Origin: Octopus vulgaris
Lineage: Eukaryota
Assembly (NCBI GenBank): GCA_951406725.2
Contig: OX597832.1
Location: 17,174,001 to 17,238,000 of the forward strand
Length of the DNA: 64,000 bases
Reading direction: 5' to 3'
Under the pieces are notes generated by a model that saw only the letters and a list, made by a program, of their open reading frames with translations, ran no database searches and was not told where the DNA came from. Of the stretch, positions 1 through 12,110 are shown one piece after another. The stretch's first letter is position 1. Each line of letters opens with the position of its first letter. Both the position numbers and the translations under genes were made by a program.

Positions 1-79
1 AAAGTGACATAAAATCATGCTTCAACAGCAACGGCAAAGGCCAAACCTACAACTAAGAAAGTGAAAGGAAGAATTGTCA

Positions 80-477
80 TCTCTCTATATATAAAGCTAA
101 AGTTGTCTGTGTCTATGTGGCAGGTTTGGTAGCATTCAACTAACACTATCTCCTCCGAGACTCTGCGGCGCAAGTTGACCAAAATTAAGAGTATTATAGA
201 AGAAGGCTTGCTCTTCCTTCCGTAGAAGAAAAATTCAAATCGGACAATGTTAACACGAAAAATTATTTACGTCAAAAAGGTGCATTTTTTTATTTGAAAA
301 TCTCTATTTTTTTACGATTTTTTGACTTCTGTTTCGTCAATTTTTTGGTGTATTTCAACCAGAAAAATGTTTACTTAAAGCGAATAACAAGCTACATAAT
401 GCAAAATTTTTACTTTACAAAATTTCCAATTCTAAAGGGTCGAAACAAACCCGAGCAACGCCGGGCGATACTGCTAG
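80..477 (+). mobile_element. Non-autonomous Helitron
   Basis: A|TC start, CTAG|T end, subterminal hairpin CCCG-AGCAACGC-CGGG just before the end, no TSD: canonical Helitron termini. Confidence 0.85.
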
Positions 478-787
478 TCTTTGATAAAGTAAGCTATACA
501 GGTTTGCTCGTCACACCAACAAAAACGTACGATCTCTAACGCGCGTGGCACACACATACACATGCATTGACCACCACCACTGCACACACACACACACACA
601 CGCTTCGCCGATGGATCAACAGCTGATGAGGAAGAGTTGGAGTTTGTAGCACGGCAAATTAAGATGACGGTCAAGAGGGAAATACAACAACGCACAGCAT
701 AACCATCGTCCAGTTACAAGAATATATAACATCAAAACTACAGACCCCATCTTCAACCCCATAGCACAATCAACCACAGCAGCCAGT

Positions 788-990
788 GGATGCGCAATAG
801 CCCAGTGGTTAGGGCAGTGGACTTTGGTCGCAAGAACGCGGTTTCGATTCCCAGACCGAGCATTGTAAGTGTTTATTGAGCAAAAACACTAAAGCTCCAC
901 GATGCTCCGGCGGGGGACGGTGGTGAACACCACTGTACTCTTTCACCACAACTTTCACTCACTCTTTCTTCCTACTTCTGCCACAAAGCA
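788..990 (+). mobile_element. tRNA-derived SINE head (third family)
   Basis: A box TAGCCCAGTGG and B box GTTTCGATTCC at tRNA-like spacing, followed by a non-tRNA body; 3' boundary uncertain. Confidence 0.6.
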
Positions 991-1261
991 GAGCAGCCAT
1001 GTTGTGACCCACTATGGTGTGGTAAACTTTCAGACCCTAGTCTAGATTGAGAATCCTTTGTACCCCAAGATGGTTCAGCTCTCCATCCGTTAAAAGCCAT
1101 CTTTTATGGAATGAGGATAACAACGTAGCTTTCACGCCCGTGCAACCGCCTGTCTACCGCGTGTGGTGGGTGGATCTTCAAGTTGCCACACGCATTCTTA
1201 GTAGCTTAGAGTAGGCTCGAATTAGAGATTATTCTTTGTGGCTGATGGCGTGAGTCCTGAT

Positions 1262-1410
1262 TGGAAGAAGAAGAAGAAGAAGAAGAAGAAGGCGGAGGAG
1301 GAGAAGAAAAAGAAGAAGGTGGAGGAGGAGGATAAGAAAAAGAAGAAGAAAAAGAAGAAGGCGGGGGAGGAGGAGGAGAAGGAGGAGGAGAAGAAGAAGA
1401 AGAAGAAGAC
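1262..1410. repeat. (GAA/GGA)n purine microsatellite
   Basis: Direct inspection; source of poly-K/E/S/F ORFs. Confidence 0.95.
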
Positions 1411-2019
1411 CACAGCAGCCTCAGGGACGTCAACAGAACTTTGAGAACACTATCACAAGAAAGCAACGATGAACCATAGTTTAACCAACAATTTGAAATG
1501 ACATTGGCTTCAACAACACTGACGCACTCCTCAGCTTCGCCGTTCACTGAAAGGAGAACACAGCCAATGGATATTATATAAAATATCAAATAGATATAAA
1601 CGGAGTGGCGTGTCAACGAAAGCTTACCATCATGTTATATGAAAGACTTCTGTTGAGCACCACACCAGAAGCCTATAAATACTTCTGACTGATATCCCCA
1701 TGTGATTTGGTTTCTTTCAAATTGATAGTTTTCTGTATATTGTTGCAGGAGATGTTTGTGGGACTCCGACTTGTGTGACGATATTGAGAGACAATTGCGT
1801 AAATGCACGTTACCTGAAGTTGGCTTGGAATCGACGCCGCTTGCTTTAGGAATATAGGACACAAAATTTAGATATGCTGCATCTAAATTTATTGCACATT
1901 TACTCCTTAACAATTACGGAGCGTATACGGTGTTGGGTGAGCCCTGATAGAAAAATTTTCTATCGGTAGGAGTTAGGTCTCGAGGGATGTGGGTAGTAAA
2001 GAAATAGGTATTTCGTCTG

Positions 2020-2074
2020 CCGTGAGTGGATTTGGTAGATGGAAACTGAAAGGAGCCCATCATATATATGTATA

Positions 2075-2115
<41 letters not shown>

Positions 2116-2520
2116 TTGTGTTTCTGTGTTTGTTCCCCCAACATCGCTTGACAACCGATGCTGGTGTGTTTGCGTCCCCGTCACGTAATGTATGTATGTG
2201 TGCGTGTGTGTGTGTGTATGTTTGTGTTTCTGTGTTTGTCCCCCCAACATCGCTTGAAAGGAGCCCGTCGTATATATGTATATGTCTGTGAGTGTGTGTG
2301 TATGTTTGTGTTTCTGTATTTGTCCTCCCAACATCGCTTGTCAACCGATGCTGGTGTGTTTGCGTCCCCGTAACTTAACGGTTCGGCAAAAGAGACCGAT
2401 AGAATAAATACTAGGCTTACAAAGAATATGCCCTGGGGACGATTTGATCGACTAAAGGCGGTGCTCCAGCATAGCCACAGTCAAATGACTGAAACAAGTA
2501 AGAGAGAGAGAGAGAGAGAG
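2020..2520 (+). mobile_element. SINE family A, 5'-truncated, with triplicated internal segment
   Basis: Matches full-length copies at 29734 and 47777; the tgtttgtgtttctg...ccaacatcgcttg block occurs three times. Confidence 0.85.
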
Positions 2521-3101
2521 CAAAGAATAAGAGTAAATAGCTATCGCAGAAATATGTTCTGGGATTGAGTTACTTCTCTTCAAGCCGGTACCTCACCCCG
2601 GCTACAGACCAAAGCGTGAATAAAAGAATAAAAGAACGAATTCCTGATATATTCTTATCTTAAATATATATATTCATATTTAAAATATGGATATCAGGAC
2701 TATTAATCATCAAATCGATATAAATCATCCCATGAGGATTCGTATATCCAAAAGTGATAAGGTATATAATTTTTTAGCCCCTGAGTATGATTGCTTCGAA
2801 CGAAAATCAATACATCAGATACTGTAACTGAAAAAAAAACGAAAAATTCTTCAAAGCAATCATCTTGAGAATTGTGCTCATGCGAGTATCTTATCACCGG
2901 CGATGTTTGCTTGCTTTATGTTCATAATCAAAATATTTCACCCTCACAAGCTCTGTACATATAAATTGGATAATGCTCCCATATTCGACCGGGAGAGATA
3001 TTTCCTGTTTATGTTTTTCTTTTCGTAGAAAGTAAAATCTTTCAACACATACATGCACACACCCTGAAACGTATGCATACGTATATACTTAAAAATGTGC
3101 A

Positions 3102-3151
<50 letters not shown>

Positions 3152-3158
3152 CGTACAC

Positions 3159-3193
<35 letters not shown>

Positions 3194-3254
3194 CATATAT
3201 ATACATACATATATATTTATACATTTATACATATATATACACACATACATTTAC

Positions 3255-3310
<56 letters not shown>

Positions 3311-3445
3311 GTATGGATATACATATGTAGGTTCTAAATAAATATATATTCACACACACACACATATGTATATGTACATATATATGTGTGGGTATGTATA
3401 TATGTATGTATAAATATATATATATATATATATATATAATACATA

Positions 3446-3519
<74 letters not shown>

Positions 3520-3739
3520 GTTAATTGCTAACATAATATAGTTATATATGTCAATCTCCGGGAGATTTAGAAATAATATTGTTTCTGCTTATGGATCAGT
3601 GGCTGTGTGTCACTTTGAAATCTATATATTCGAATCGTAAATTCGGCAGCGTCACCTAGCCAAGCAGCTACTCTGTGTCGATAAAGAGCAATTACCCCAA
3701 AACTAGTCTGCAGAGGCTGTGTTGTGCTAGACGGGGATG

Positions 3740-3782
<43 letters not shown>

Positions 3783-3896
3783 CCCGGTTCGAAAATATAA
3801 GGACAGATAATGTATCGTATAGCCAGCCTGAAACGATATTTCTTGGGGCTGATAAACAGTAACAACGTCCCTTCCAGGACAGCCAATATTATGTTA

Positions 3897-4309
3897 GCGG
3901 CGAGCTGGCAGCATCGTTAGCACGGCAGGCGAAATGCTTAGCCGTATTTCGTCTGCTGCTACGTTCTGAGTTCAAATTCTACCGAGGTTGACTTTGCCTT
4001 TCATCCTTTCGGGGTCGATTAAATAAGTACCAGTTACGCACTGGGGTCGATGTAATCGACTTAAAACCTATGTCTGTCCTTGTTTGTCCCCTCTATGTTT
4101 AGCCCCTTGTGGGTAATAAAGAAATAGGTATTTCGTCTGCCGCTACGTTCTGAGTTCAAATTCCACCGAGGTCGACATTGCCTTTCATCCTTTCGGGGTC
4201 GATTAAATAAGTACCAGTTACGCACTGGGGTCGATGTAATCGACTTAATCCGTTTGTTTGTCCTTGTTTGTCTCCTCTGTGTTTAGCCCCTTGTGGGTAG
4301 TAAGGAAAT
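3897..4309 (+). mobile_element. SINE family B dimer (head + 2 units)
   Basis: Head GGCGAGCTGGCAG, B-box-like GAGTTCAAATT, junction GAAATA|GGTATTTC at 4126; flanked by direct repeat ATATTATGTTAGC (TSD). Confidence 0.9.
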
Positions 4310-4368
4310 ACATATTATGTTAGCAATAAAATTTTACTTTTATAGAGATTTAGAAATGACACTATTTC

Positions 4369-4424
<56 letters not shown>

Positions 4425-4553
4425 CAGATATATATATATATATATATATAAGGTTTTTTAAGGTGGTTTTAGCGCCATTTGGCGTCTATTTTCAGCGTGT
4501 GGAGAGGCGTTTTTGTCAATCCTTTGTTATAATTATGTTTATAATTATCCTTT

Positions 4554-4635
<82 letters not shown>

Positions 4636-4640
4636 CATAC

Positions 4641-4885
4641 GCACGAGGGGGTGTTCATTAAAGGTGCCTCTTGACCCCACTTCCCAGGAAATAGGATAAA
4701 CAAAACCTGGCATATATATTCGTCCTTCTCTACATGCTCACCACCAGTGGTGACGCACTCTCCCATCGCTTCAGCTGTGGTAGCCTCGTCTGTAGAAGTC
4801 GGTAGGTTGCGACTGTGGCCAAGATTTTACCTTGGGAATGAGTTCATCATCATCCGAAAAGGACTTTATGGGTGGAAAGAGGTGG
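4641..4885 (-). mobile_element. Mariner-type DNA transposon remnant (transposase C-terminus and one end)
   Basis: Minus-strand peptide ECVTTGGEHVEK resembles the mariner C-terminal KC....G.Y.EK motif; ACGAGGG-like terminus at ~4643. Confidence 0.6.
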
Positions 4886-4905
4886 AAGTCATATATATAT
4901 GTGTG

Positions 4906-4956
<51 letters not shown>

Positions 4957-5029
4957 ATATGTGTCTGCCTGTGTATGTGTGTGTGTTTGTGTAGACAGGC
5001 TGCGCCGGTCAGCTAATAATTTATAGATA

Positions 5030-5365
5030 ATAGACGGTAGAAATCCTCGCTGAAAGTAACGCTTTCATCACCATGAAAGACCACAAACCGAACTTTGCCT
5101 CTAACACTAAGCGCCGCCTCCTCAACCCGTCCAAATCCGAGATTGGTCTGGCGAGCAAGTATATTTAACAAGATATCAATAAAACACTAAAAAGGGTCAC
5201 CAACCTCTCTTTGTGGCGCAGCACCGGTGAAGTGTCCACATGGTTTTATGTCAACACGGGTAGAGGCAGAGCAAAGTTCACCCAATTTAATATAGTCGAT
5301 TTTTACCTGTCTAAATCGAGAGTATCACTAACCTCTGCTTGTGGCCCAAGCCCCTTAAATACACA
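5030..5365 (+). mobile_element. Penelope-like element RT fragment (disrupted)
   Basis: Translates [39 protein letters not shown]...LWRST..V..WF...QFNIVDFY, the pattern of Penelope-like RT N-terminal motifs; in-frame stop. Confidence 0.75.
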
Positions 5366-5392
5366 CACATACACAGACATATATATACGAGC

Positions 5393-5449
<57 letters not shown>

Positions 5450-5805
5450 GGTGTGCGCGCGCGCGCGCGTGTGTGAGTGTCTATGTGTGTGTGACTTCTT
5501 TTCATCTCTTTGCATTTTAAGTGAAATTCTCGCTGAAGTACAGTCTATCTTTTATTCCTCCGGCTCCATCAATGGAAGTACTGGGCCAAGTACTGGTGTT
5601 TACGAAATCCACTAACCTGTACGTCAATATTTTTGGTCTTCAGTTTATATACTCTGGTAGTTTTTGTTTAATCCCAGGTCAACTCTGACTGAGTAGAGTC
5701 AGAATTAAAGGCCTTCCATCTGTTACCTTCAAGTCATTTTAGGGGTATGTCACAGATTTAGAATATGTAATTTGTCTTTTCTTTATTTAATGCATCTCTC
5801 TCTCA

Positions 5806-5855
<50 letters not shown>

Positions 5856-6409
5856 ATATCTATCTATCTATCTACCTATCTATTTCTAGCTGTGTAACCA
5901 TGTACCTCCTCTACAGCAAGACACCAGTTTTTGTGTCTCTGTCTCCCTGTCACACTAACTGACAAAAGATCGCCTACTCTAGTGCCACACCCAATCTCTC
6001 AAACAGAGATGGGAGAACCGTTAGCACACTGGGTAAAATGCTTGGTGGCATTTCCTCCGTCTCTACGTTCCAAGTTCAAATTCTGCCGATGTCAATTTTA
6101 ACTTTTTTCCTTTCCGAGTCGATAAAATACGAACCAGTTCCAAACTGGGGTTCATGTAATTGACTTACCCACCCCCACCTCGAACTTGTTGATCTTGGGA
6201 CAAAATTCCAACTTAGCATTACTGCCCTTCTCCATAAATTAGGAACCATTATCATTATGAACAAAAAAATATTGTAGCATAATGTAATCATAGCTCATTG
6301 TAGGAGAGCTCTCACTTCTACCCGTTTCATATCCTGGTTCTTGGGCACCTTTAATGAAGTTCACTCTTCAAGACCATCTGTAGTGCCACCTACATTTTTT
6401 TTTATTTCC

Positions 6410-6650
6410 ATCATCATCATCATTGTTCGACCGTGAACGAGACAATGGAATTTACTATGCTACGCCAGATTTCACGGTCCATCATAGCATAACGGAGGTC
6501 CTGTTGCTGGATGCCTGTATCCCTGGAGATTACATCAGGGTAGGAGAGTGTGCGCCCTCTGGTATCGCGAGTAGATGGCTTCCAGAGGAGAAGAGTAGAA
6601 ATTACCTCGTTTTCAGCTCTACAACAATGTCCAGGAAACTTGACTCACAA
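6410..6650 (-). mobile_element. RTE-type LINE 3' fragment (second copy ~24830-25060)
   Basis: Minus strand GHCCRAENEVISTLLLWKPSTRDTRGRTLSYPDVISRDTGIQQQDLRYAMMDREIWRSIV...EQ* running directly into a (TGA)n tail. Confidence 0.8.
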
Positions 6651-6703
6651 CTATTTCTTCTCTGAAAAAATAATAAAATGGAAAGATCGAGAGCGAGATC
6701 GCG

Positions 6704-6800
<97 letters not shown>

Positions 6801-6801
6801 C

Positions 6802-6838
<37 letters not shown>

Positions 6839-7499
6839 GAGACAGACAGACAGATAGACAGACAGACAGACAGAGACAGAGAATACTTATTTGTAGCTTT
6901 TCCTGGTGAGAGAAACGATAATGTGCTTAGAGGTGTGAACGAATATCATTGATGTTGGTATTAAAGTATTGAACACACCGATATATTAACGGCTGTCTTA
7001 AGTGACAACATAGAGCAATGACAATAATATTCATTTCTAATTTTAACACAAAGCCTGCAATCACATCGACCCCCCCCCCCACTACTTAACTAGTACTTAT
7101 TTTACCCATCCCTGAAGTAGGAAAGTCAAAGTCAACCGCGGCGGAATTTCACATCAGAACATGAAGACGGACGAAATGCCGCTAAGCATTTTGTCCGGCT
7201 TGCTAACTATTCTACCACCTCACCGCCTTAGCAATAATAATATAGGTTTCATATTTTGGCTCAAGACCAAGAATTTTTGGTGAAGGTGCTAGTCAATTAT
7301 ATCGACATCAGTGTTAAACTGGTACTTAATTTATCGATCTCCGAAAGGACAAACGGGAAAGACAAGCCCCTCTCCCCCTCTCTCTCTAGCTGGATAACCA
7401 TGTACCTCCTCTACAGCGAGACAACAGTTTTTGTGTCTCTGTCTCCCTGTTACACTAACTGACAAATGATCACCAGAATGTGCAGACAGATGGAATGCC

Positions 7500-7732
7500 T
7501 ATTTCTTTACTACCCACAAGGGGCTAAACACAGAGAGGACAAACAAGAACAGACAAACGGATTAAGTCGATTATATCGACCCCAGTGCGTAACTGGTACT
7601 TAATTTATCGCTCCCGAAAGGATGAAAGACAAAGTCGACCTCGGCGGAATTTGAACTCAGAACGTAACGGCAGACGAAATACCACTAAGCATTTCGCCCG
7701 GCGTGCTAACGATTCTGCCAGCTCGCCGCCTT
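7500..7732 (-). mobile_element. Full-length SINE B monomer nested in an older SINE B
   Basis: Complete head to tail; 16-bp TSD AGACAGAYGGAATGCC at 7484-7499 and 7733-7748, itself part of an older SINE B. Confidence 0.9.
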
Positions 7733-7949
7733 AGACAGACGGAATGCCGCTAAGCATTTCACCCGACATACTACAAATTCTACCAGCTCACCACTTTAGC
7801 AATAATAATAATAATATTGATCCTTTCTACTTATCATACATGTATTCAAGTGTTACACTTGAAACAATATGAGAAAATAATGTAAAAAAATTGTGAGTTA
7901 CATCTATGGAAAGAAAACGAATATATTCATTTATAGTTCTTCATTAGAT

Positions 7950-8285
7950 AAGTTAAGTTAATTTTTTTGGCTGAAAAAGCAAAAAGCAAAGCCATGTAGG
8001 GGGATATGGAGTTATGTCCAGGGGTGTTCGTGCAAAGAGTTCAGGCCATTTCTGGTCAAGAGAGACTTTGAACCGAGCGGTCGTCGGCATCTTCACTATC
8101 TCGTCCGGCAGCATATTCCACGGATCCGCAACCCGGACGTAGAAAGCCCTTCTTCTTCGATTGAGATGAAATCGTCGCAGATAGAGCTTTTCGGAGTGAC
8201 CCCGCAGCCTACTCTCTAGAGCAGTAGTGAAGAACAGCTCTTTCGAGAGGTTACACTTTTTGCTTATGATGTTGCGAGCATCATA
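7950..8285 (-). mobile_element. CR1-type LINE ORF2 3' fragment
   Basis: LRGHSEKLYLRRFHLNRRRRAFYVRVADPWNMLPDEIV...RFKVSLD matches the CR1 C-terminal RGH..KL...RV...WN.LP...FK..LD pattern. Confidence 0.8.
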
Positions 8286-8504
8286 AGCGGAAAGAGTAAC
8301 CATTTGTAGATGGTGTAAGTTATGTTATGAAATTCCCATTAGAATAACATATTCCTTCCACAGTTAGAGGTTTTAAATAGTGTAAAATTCGATCTGGTTT
8401 TTATAAGGTGAAAAATGTTGATCTTGTCTTCGAAGCGCTTTAACACACTAACGATGTTCGAGCTCGCTGAGAACTGACAAAAATATTCGATAACCCAACG
8501 GAAC

Positions 8505-8710
8505 TCTTTTACTCTTTTACTTGTTTCAGTCATTTCACTGAGGCCATGCTGGAGCACCGCCTTTAGTCGAACAAATCGACCACATGGTTTAGTCTTTGGA
8601 AGCCTAGTACTTATACTTTCGGTATTTTTTTGCTGAACCGCTAAGTTACGGGGACGTAAACACACCAGCATCGATTGTCAAGCGATGTTGGGGGGACAAA
8701 CACAGACACA

Positions 8711-8755
<45 letters not shown>

Positions 8756-8756
8756 A

Positions 8757-8802
<46 letters not shown>

Positions 8803-9040
8803 AATCCTTAACATACTTGAAAATGTTTCAGCCCGAAGGCTCCGGCCATGCTGGGGTACCATATATATATATACATATGTACGATGGGGTTCTTTTAGTT
8901 TCCATCTAACAAATCCACTGACAAGGCTTTGGTCGGCCGGCGGCTATAGTAGAAGACACTTGCCCAAGGTGCCACGCAGTGGGATTGAACCCGGAACTAT
9001 GTGGTTCGTAAGCAAGCTACTTACCAAATAGCCACTCCTA
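8505..9040 (-). mobile_element. SINE family A, near full length, ~500 bp upstream of the MPDU1 ATG
   Basis: Reverse complement of family A; carries a ~60-bp LINE-tail-like insert at ~8800-8860 inside its (TA/CA)n tract. Confidence 0.9.
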
Positions 9041-9327
9041 AGCCTTTTGCGATTGCAGCGTGGAAGAGCTGAGCCAGTTATTCCGTAGCACACAAAAATC
9101 GTTAACCTCAGTAAAACATTTAATTACAATACTGTTTGAAAATTTTCGTTGATTCGAAACAACGAATCTAAAATTTTAAACTACGGAGACGTACTTGCAT
9201 AGCGAGTGACTTGATCTGAGATCGTGTGCTGGAACGAAAACAATTGCAGCGTGGAAGGTTTAAACCATTTAAGCCATTTAAGAAACACACAAAAGCCGTT
9301 TAGATTCACTTCGACATTTAAATTTGA

Positions 9328-9380
9328 TTTGTCGAAATATTTTTTCGTCGTCTTGAGACCACGACCTGTTCACTGACAAA
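9328..9380 (-). ncRNA. Hammerhead-like motif, G3-C8 core variant, partly degenerate
   Basis: TTTGTC-A-GTGAACA-G-GTCGT(loop)ACGAC-GAAA-AAATAT-TT-C-GACAAA: helix I, core, helix II, GAAA, near-palindromic helix III. Confidence 0.5.
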
Positions 9381-9539
9381 AGCTTAAATTTTCAAGGGAG
9401 AGTACTCTTAAATAAAAAAAACGCCTATTATCTCCCGTACTTTACAGTTATATCCCTTCTTATTGTTTATTTCCCTTGGCGGGAAATATGCAAGCGAGGT
9501 AACTCTACGAACTCATTGAAATATAATCAGTTTCTCACA

Positions 9540-9636
9540 ATGGCGGGTCTTGTTGACTTCGTTATTTCTCTGATCCAATTAATCTGTCCACAGCCATGCT
9601 TTGACACATTTTTCGTGCACTATGATTTCTTTCATA
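9540..9636 (+). CDS. MPDU1: MPDU1 coding exon 1 (MAGLVDFVISLIQLICPQPCFDTFFVHYDFFH + 1 nt)
   Basis: ATG at 9540; peptide resembles the MPDU1 N-terminus (P..C(F/Y)D..FV..D..H); donor A|GTAAGT at 9637, phase 1, compatible with exon 2. Confidence 0.88.
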
Positions 9637-11847
9637 GTAAGTTAATTTATTCATCTTCATTTGAATATGTATTATTTGTTATAACCCACGCTGTTTTGAT
9701 TTCTTTTTTTCTCTCTTTACCTTATTGATTTGTAAAGCTTCCCGTTCATTAATCCACGTAAACACGAACCTATATATACATGTGCGCGCGCCCGCGAATA
9801 TTTATTTATGTTTTTTTGTTTTTGTTGTTGTTGTTTTTTTGGTTACTTTTATTCCACATCAGTTATCGATTGGAGTTCACATTGATTTTGGTGTTTTTGC
9901 GACAGAATCGCTCCGTCCAGCGGTACCGATCTTGCATCGAAACCATTTAAAAAATTACCGGCATTTTTTCCGCTCGACCTGTTTTTTTTTTTTTATTCGC
10001 TGCACAGAAACCCATCCCAAAATGGTTATCATTTCTGTTTTACCCAAATTTCCCTACGTATATTTTGTTAGGAACCAGTTGAACATTAAAGACGTGCTTA
10101 ATCCTTGCCCGGAATGAAAAAACCGTTCCTGCCGTGATCATCGCATCTTTCATTCCATGTACAAAGGTCATAACTTCATCGAGCCGGAAAAACTAAGGAG
10201 TAAAAATTGACGACGCCGGCAGGATTTGATCTCAGAATATTAAAAGCCTTAATAAGAACCATAATATTTGATGAGATCTGTGTGCAACAATAACGTCCGA
10301 ACTGAGGGAAATTTGGCTGCTATTTCTAGCAGATCGTGTGACCACATAGATAACACGATCAGAGAACGGAATTCAAAATGTACTTTTAATAATAATAATA
10401 ATAATAATAATGATAAATATAATAATGTTATTATTTAGAGTATGTATAAAATGTTGACTTGCTATAGTTTATTATATGTGAGAAGCTTTATGCCAGGTAA
10501 CATTGTAACTCAGTAAGATCATGAGATAAATTTGTCTGTGCCAGAGGTTAAAGATGCTTATAGACACAATAGGAAAAAAGCCGACACATGATAGCTGAAT
10601 AATTCAGTTGAAACAAATGACCTAGTGGGCGTTTACCTTTGTTGAAATACTATGCTTAATTTACCTACTGAGTTGTAAGCTAGTTGTAATTTAATGCATA
10701 TAAATATGCAGTGATCTTTTGAAAAGCAAATTGTTCCTATTACTTATGCATGCAATCTCTGATAAAATATATATATATATATATTCAGGTTATCAAGATT
10801 TTCATTTTATTTACTAGTTCTAGAGAACTAAACTGTCCATTAGTGCTCTCAATTCCACTGAGATTGGTGAAATATATGCTGTTCGTACCGGTGGCACGTA
10901 AAAGCACCCACTACACCTTTGGAGTGGTTGGCATTAGGAAAGGCATCCAGCTGTAGAAACTCTGCTAAATCAAGATTGGAGCCTGGTGCAGCCAACTGGT
11001 TTGCCAGTCCTCAGTCAAATCGTCCAACCCATGCTAGCATGGAAAGCGGACGTTAAACGATGACAATGATGATGATGATTTATGTTTTGCTTCAGGTGGG
11101 ACTGAACCTGGAACCATGTGGTTGGTAAGCAAGCTTCTTACCACATAGCCACTCCTACTTAAGCTATTTACCACACACCCACTCCTATAAGATATTTTTG
11201 TTAAAATTTATGTCCAATAAACTGGTTGTACTTCTACAATATACAAGATATTTTCAACAATTTTTTTGTAGAATTCTTAATAATATTTAATCATAAGAAT
11301 ATAATGGGATTTTTTTAAACATTGAATAGCAAGGCGGGTCCATCTCCATGAAATATCTATCAAAGGGGGTCCATAAGCAAAAAATTGTTTTAGGTGATCA
11401 TGCAAATTGCTAGAATCAAAGACAAAAGACCCTGAAATTACACCCTTCTGATTATTTTTATTTTCATAGTTTAGGCTGGATGAAGGGGCTACACCTATGG
11501 TTTTTGCAGGCCCTCTGAAATCAGAATGTAGTTCATCATCATCATCATAGTTTAATGTCCTCCTTCCATGCTGGCTTGGGTCGGACAGTTCGACAGGAGC
11601 TGGCCAGGCAGGAGCTTGCACGATACTTCTGTCTCTGTTTTTGGCACAATTTTTATGGCTGCGTACCCTTTTATAACACCAACCACTCTACAAAGTGGGC
11701 TGAGTGCTTTCTATGTGGCACCAGCACAGGTGAGGTCAGATTTGGTATGGTTTTTACAGCTGGATGCCTTTCCAAATGCCAACCACTTTACAGCGTCGAC
11801 TGGATGCTTTTTAAGTGCCATCAACATGCATGTATATATGTGTGTGT

Positions 11848-12110
11848 GTATTTAAGGGGCTCGGGCCACAAGCAGAGGTTAGAGACCCTTTTCGATTTAG
11901 ACGGGTAAAAATCAACTATATCAAATTGGGTACCTCTTGCTCTGTCTCAACCCTTGTTGACATTAAAATATGTGGTCACTTTGCTGGTGCTGCACCACAA
12001 GGAGAGGTTGGTGACCCTTTTTATGGTGTTATTGATATCTCGCAAAATATCTTTGCTTGCCAGACTGATCTCGGATTTGGCCGGATTGAGCAGGTGGCGC
12101 TTACTTAGTA
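11848..12110 (-). mobile_element. Penelope-like RT fragment, second copy
   Basis: LLNPAKSEISLASKDILRDIN...QFDIVDFYPS; homologous to 5110-5365 and ending at the same sequence. Confidence 0.75.

Noticed and set aside
788-860. Functional tRNA gene
   Set aside because: A and B boxes are present, but the cloverleaf is poor and the sequence continues into a SINE-like body.
1615-1913. Possible first exon of a divergent minus-strand gene (ATGATG|GTAAGC at ~1633-1622)
   Set aside because: Only a donor-like motif; no recognisable peptide or downstream exon in the window. Needs RNA-seq.
9516-9539. Upstream TTG start given by the ORF track for MPDU1
   Set aside because: Non-ATG start from the ORF caller; ATG 9540 has good context (ACAATGG) and gives a typical-length protein.
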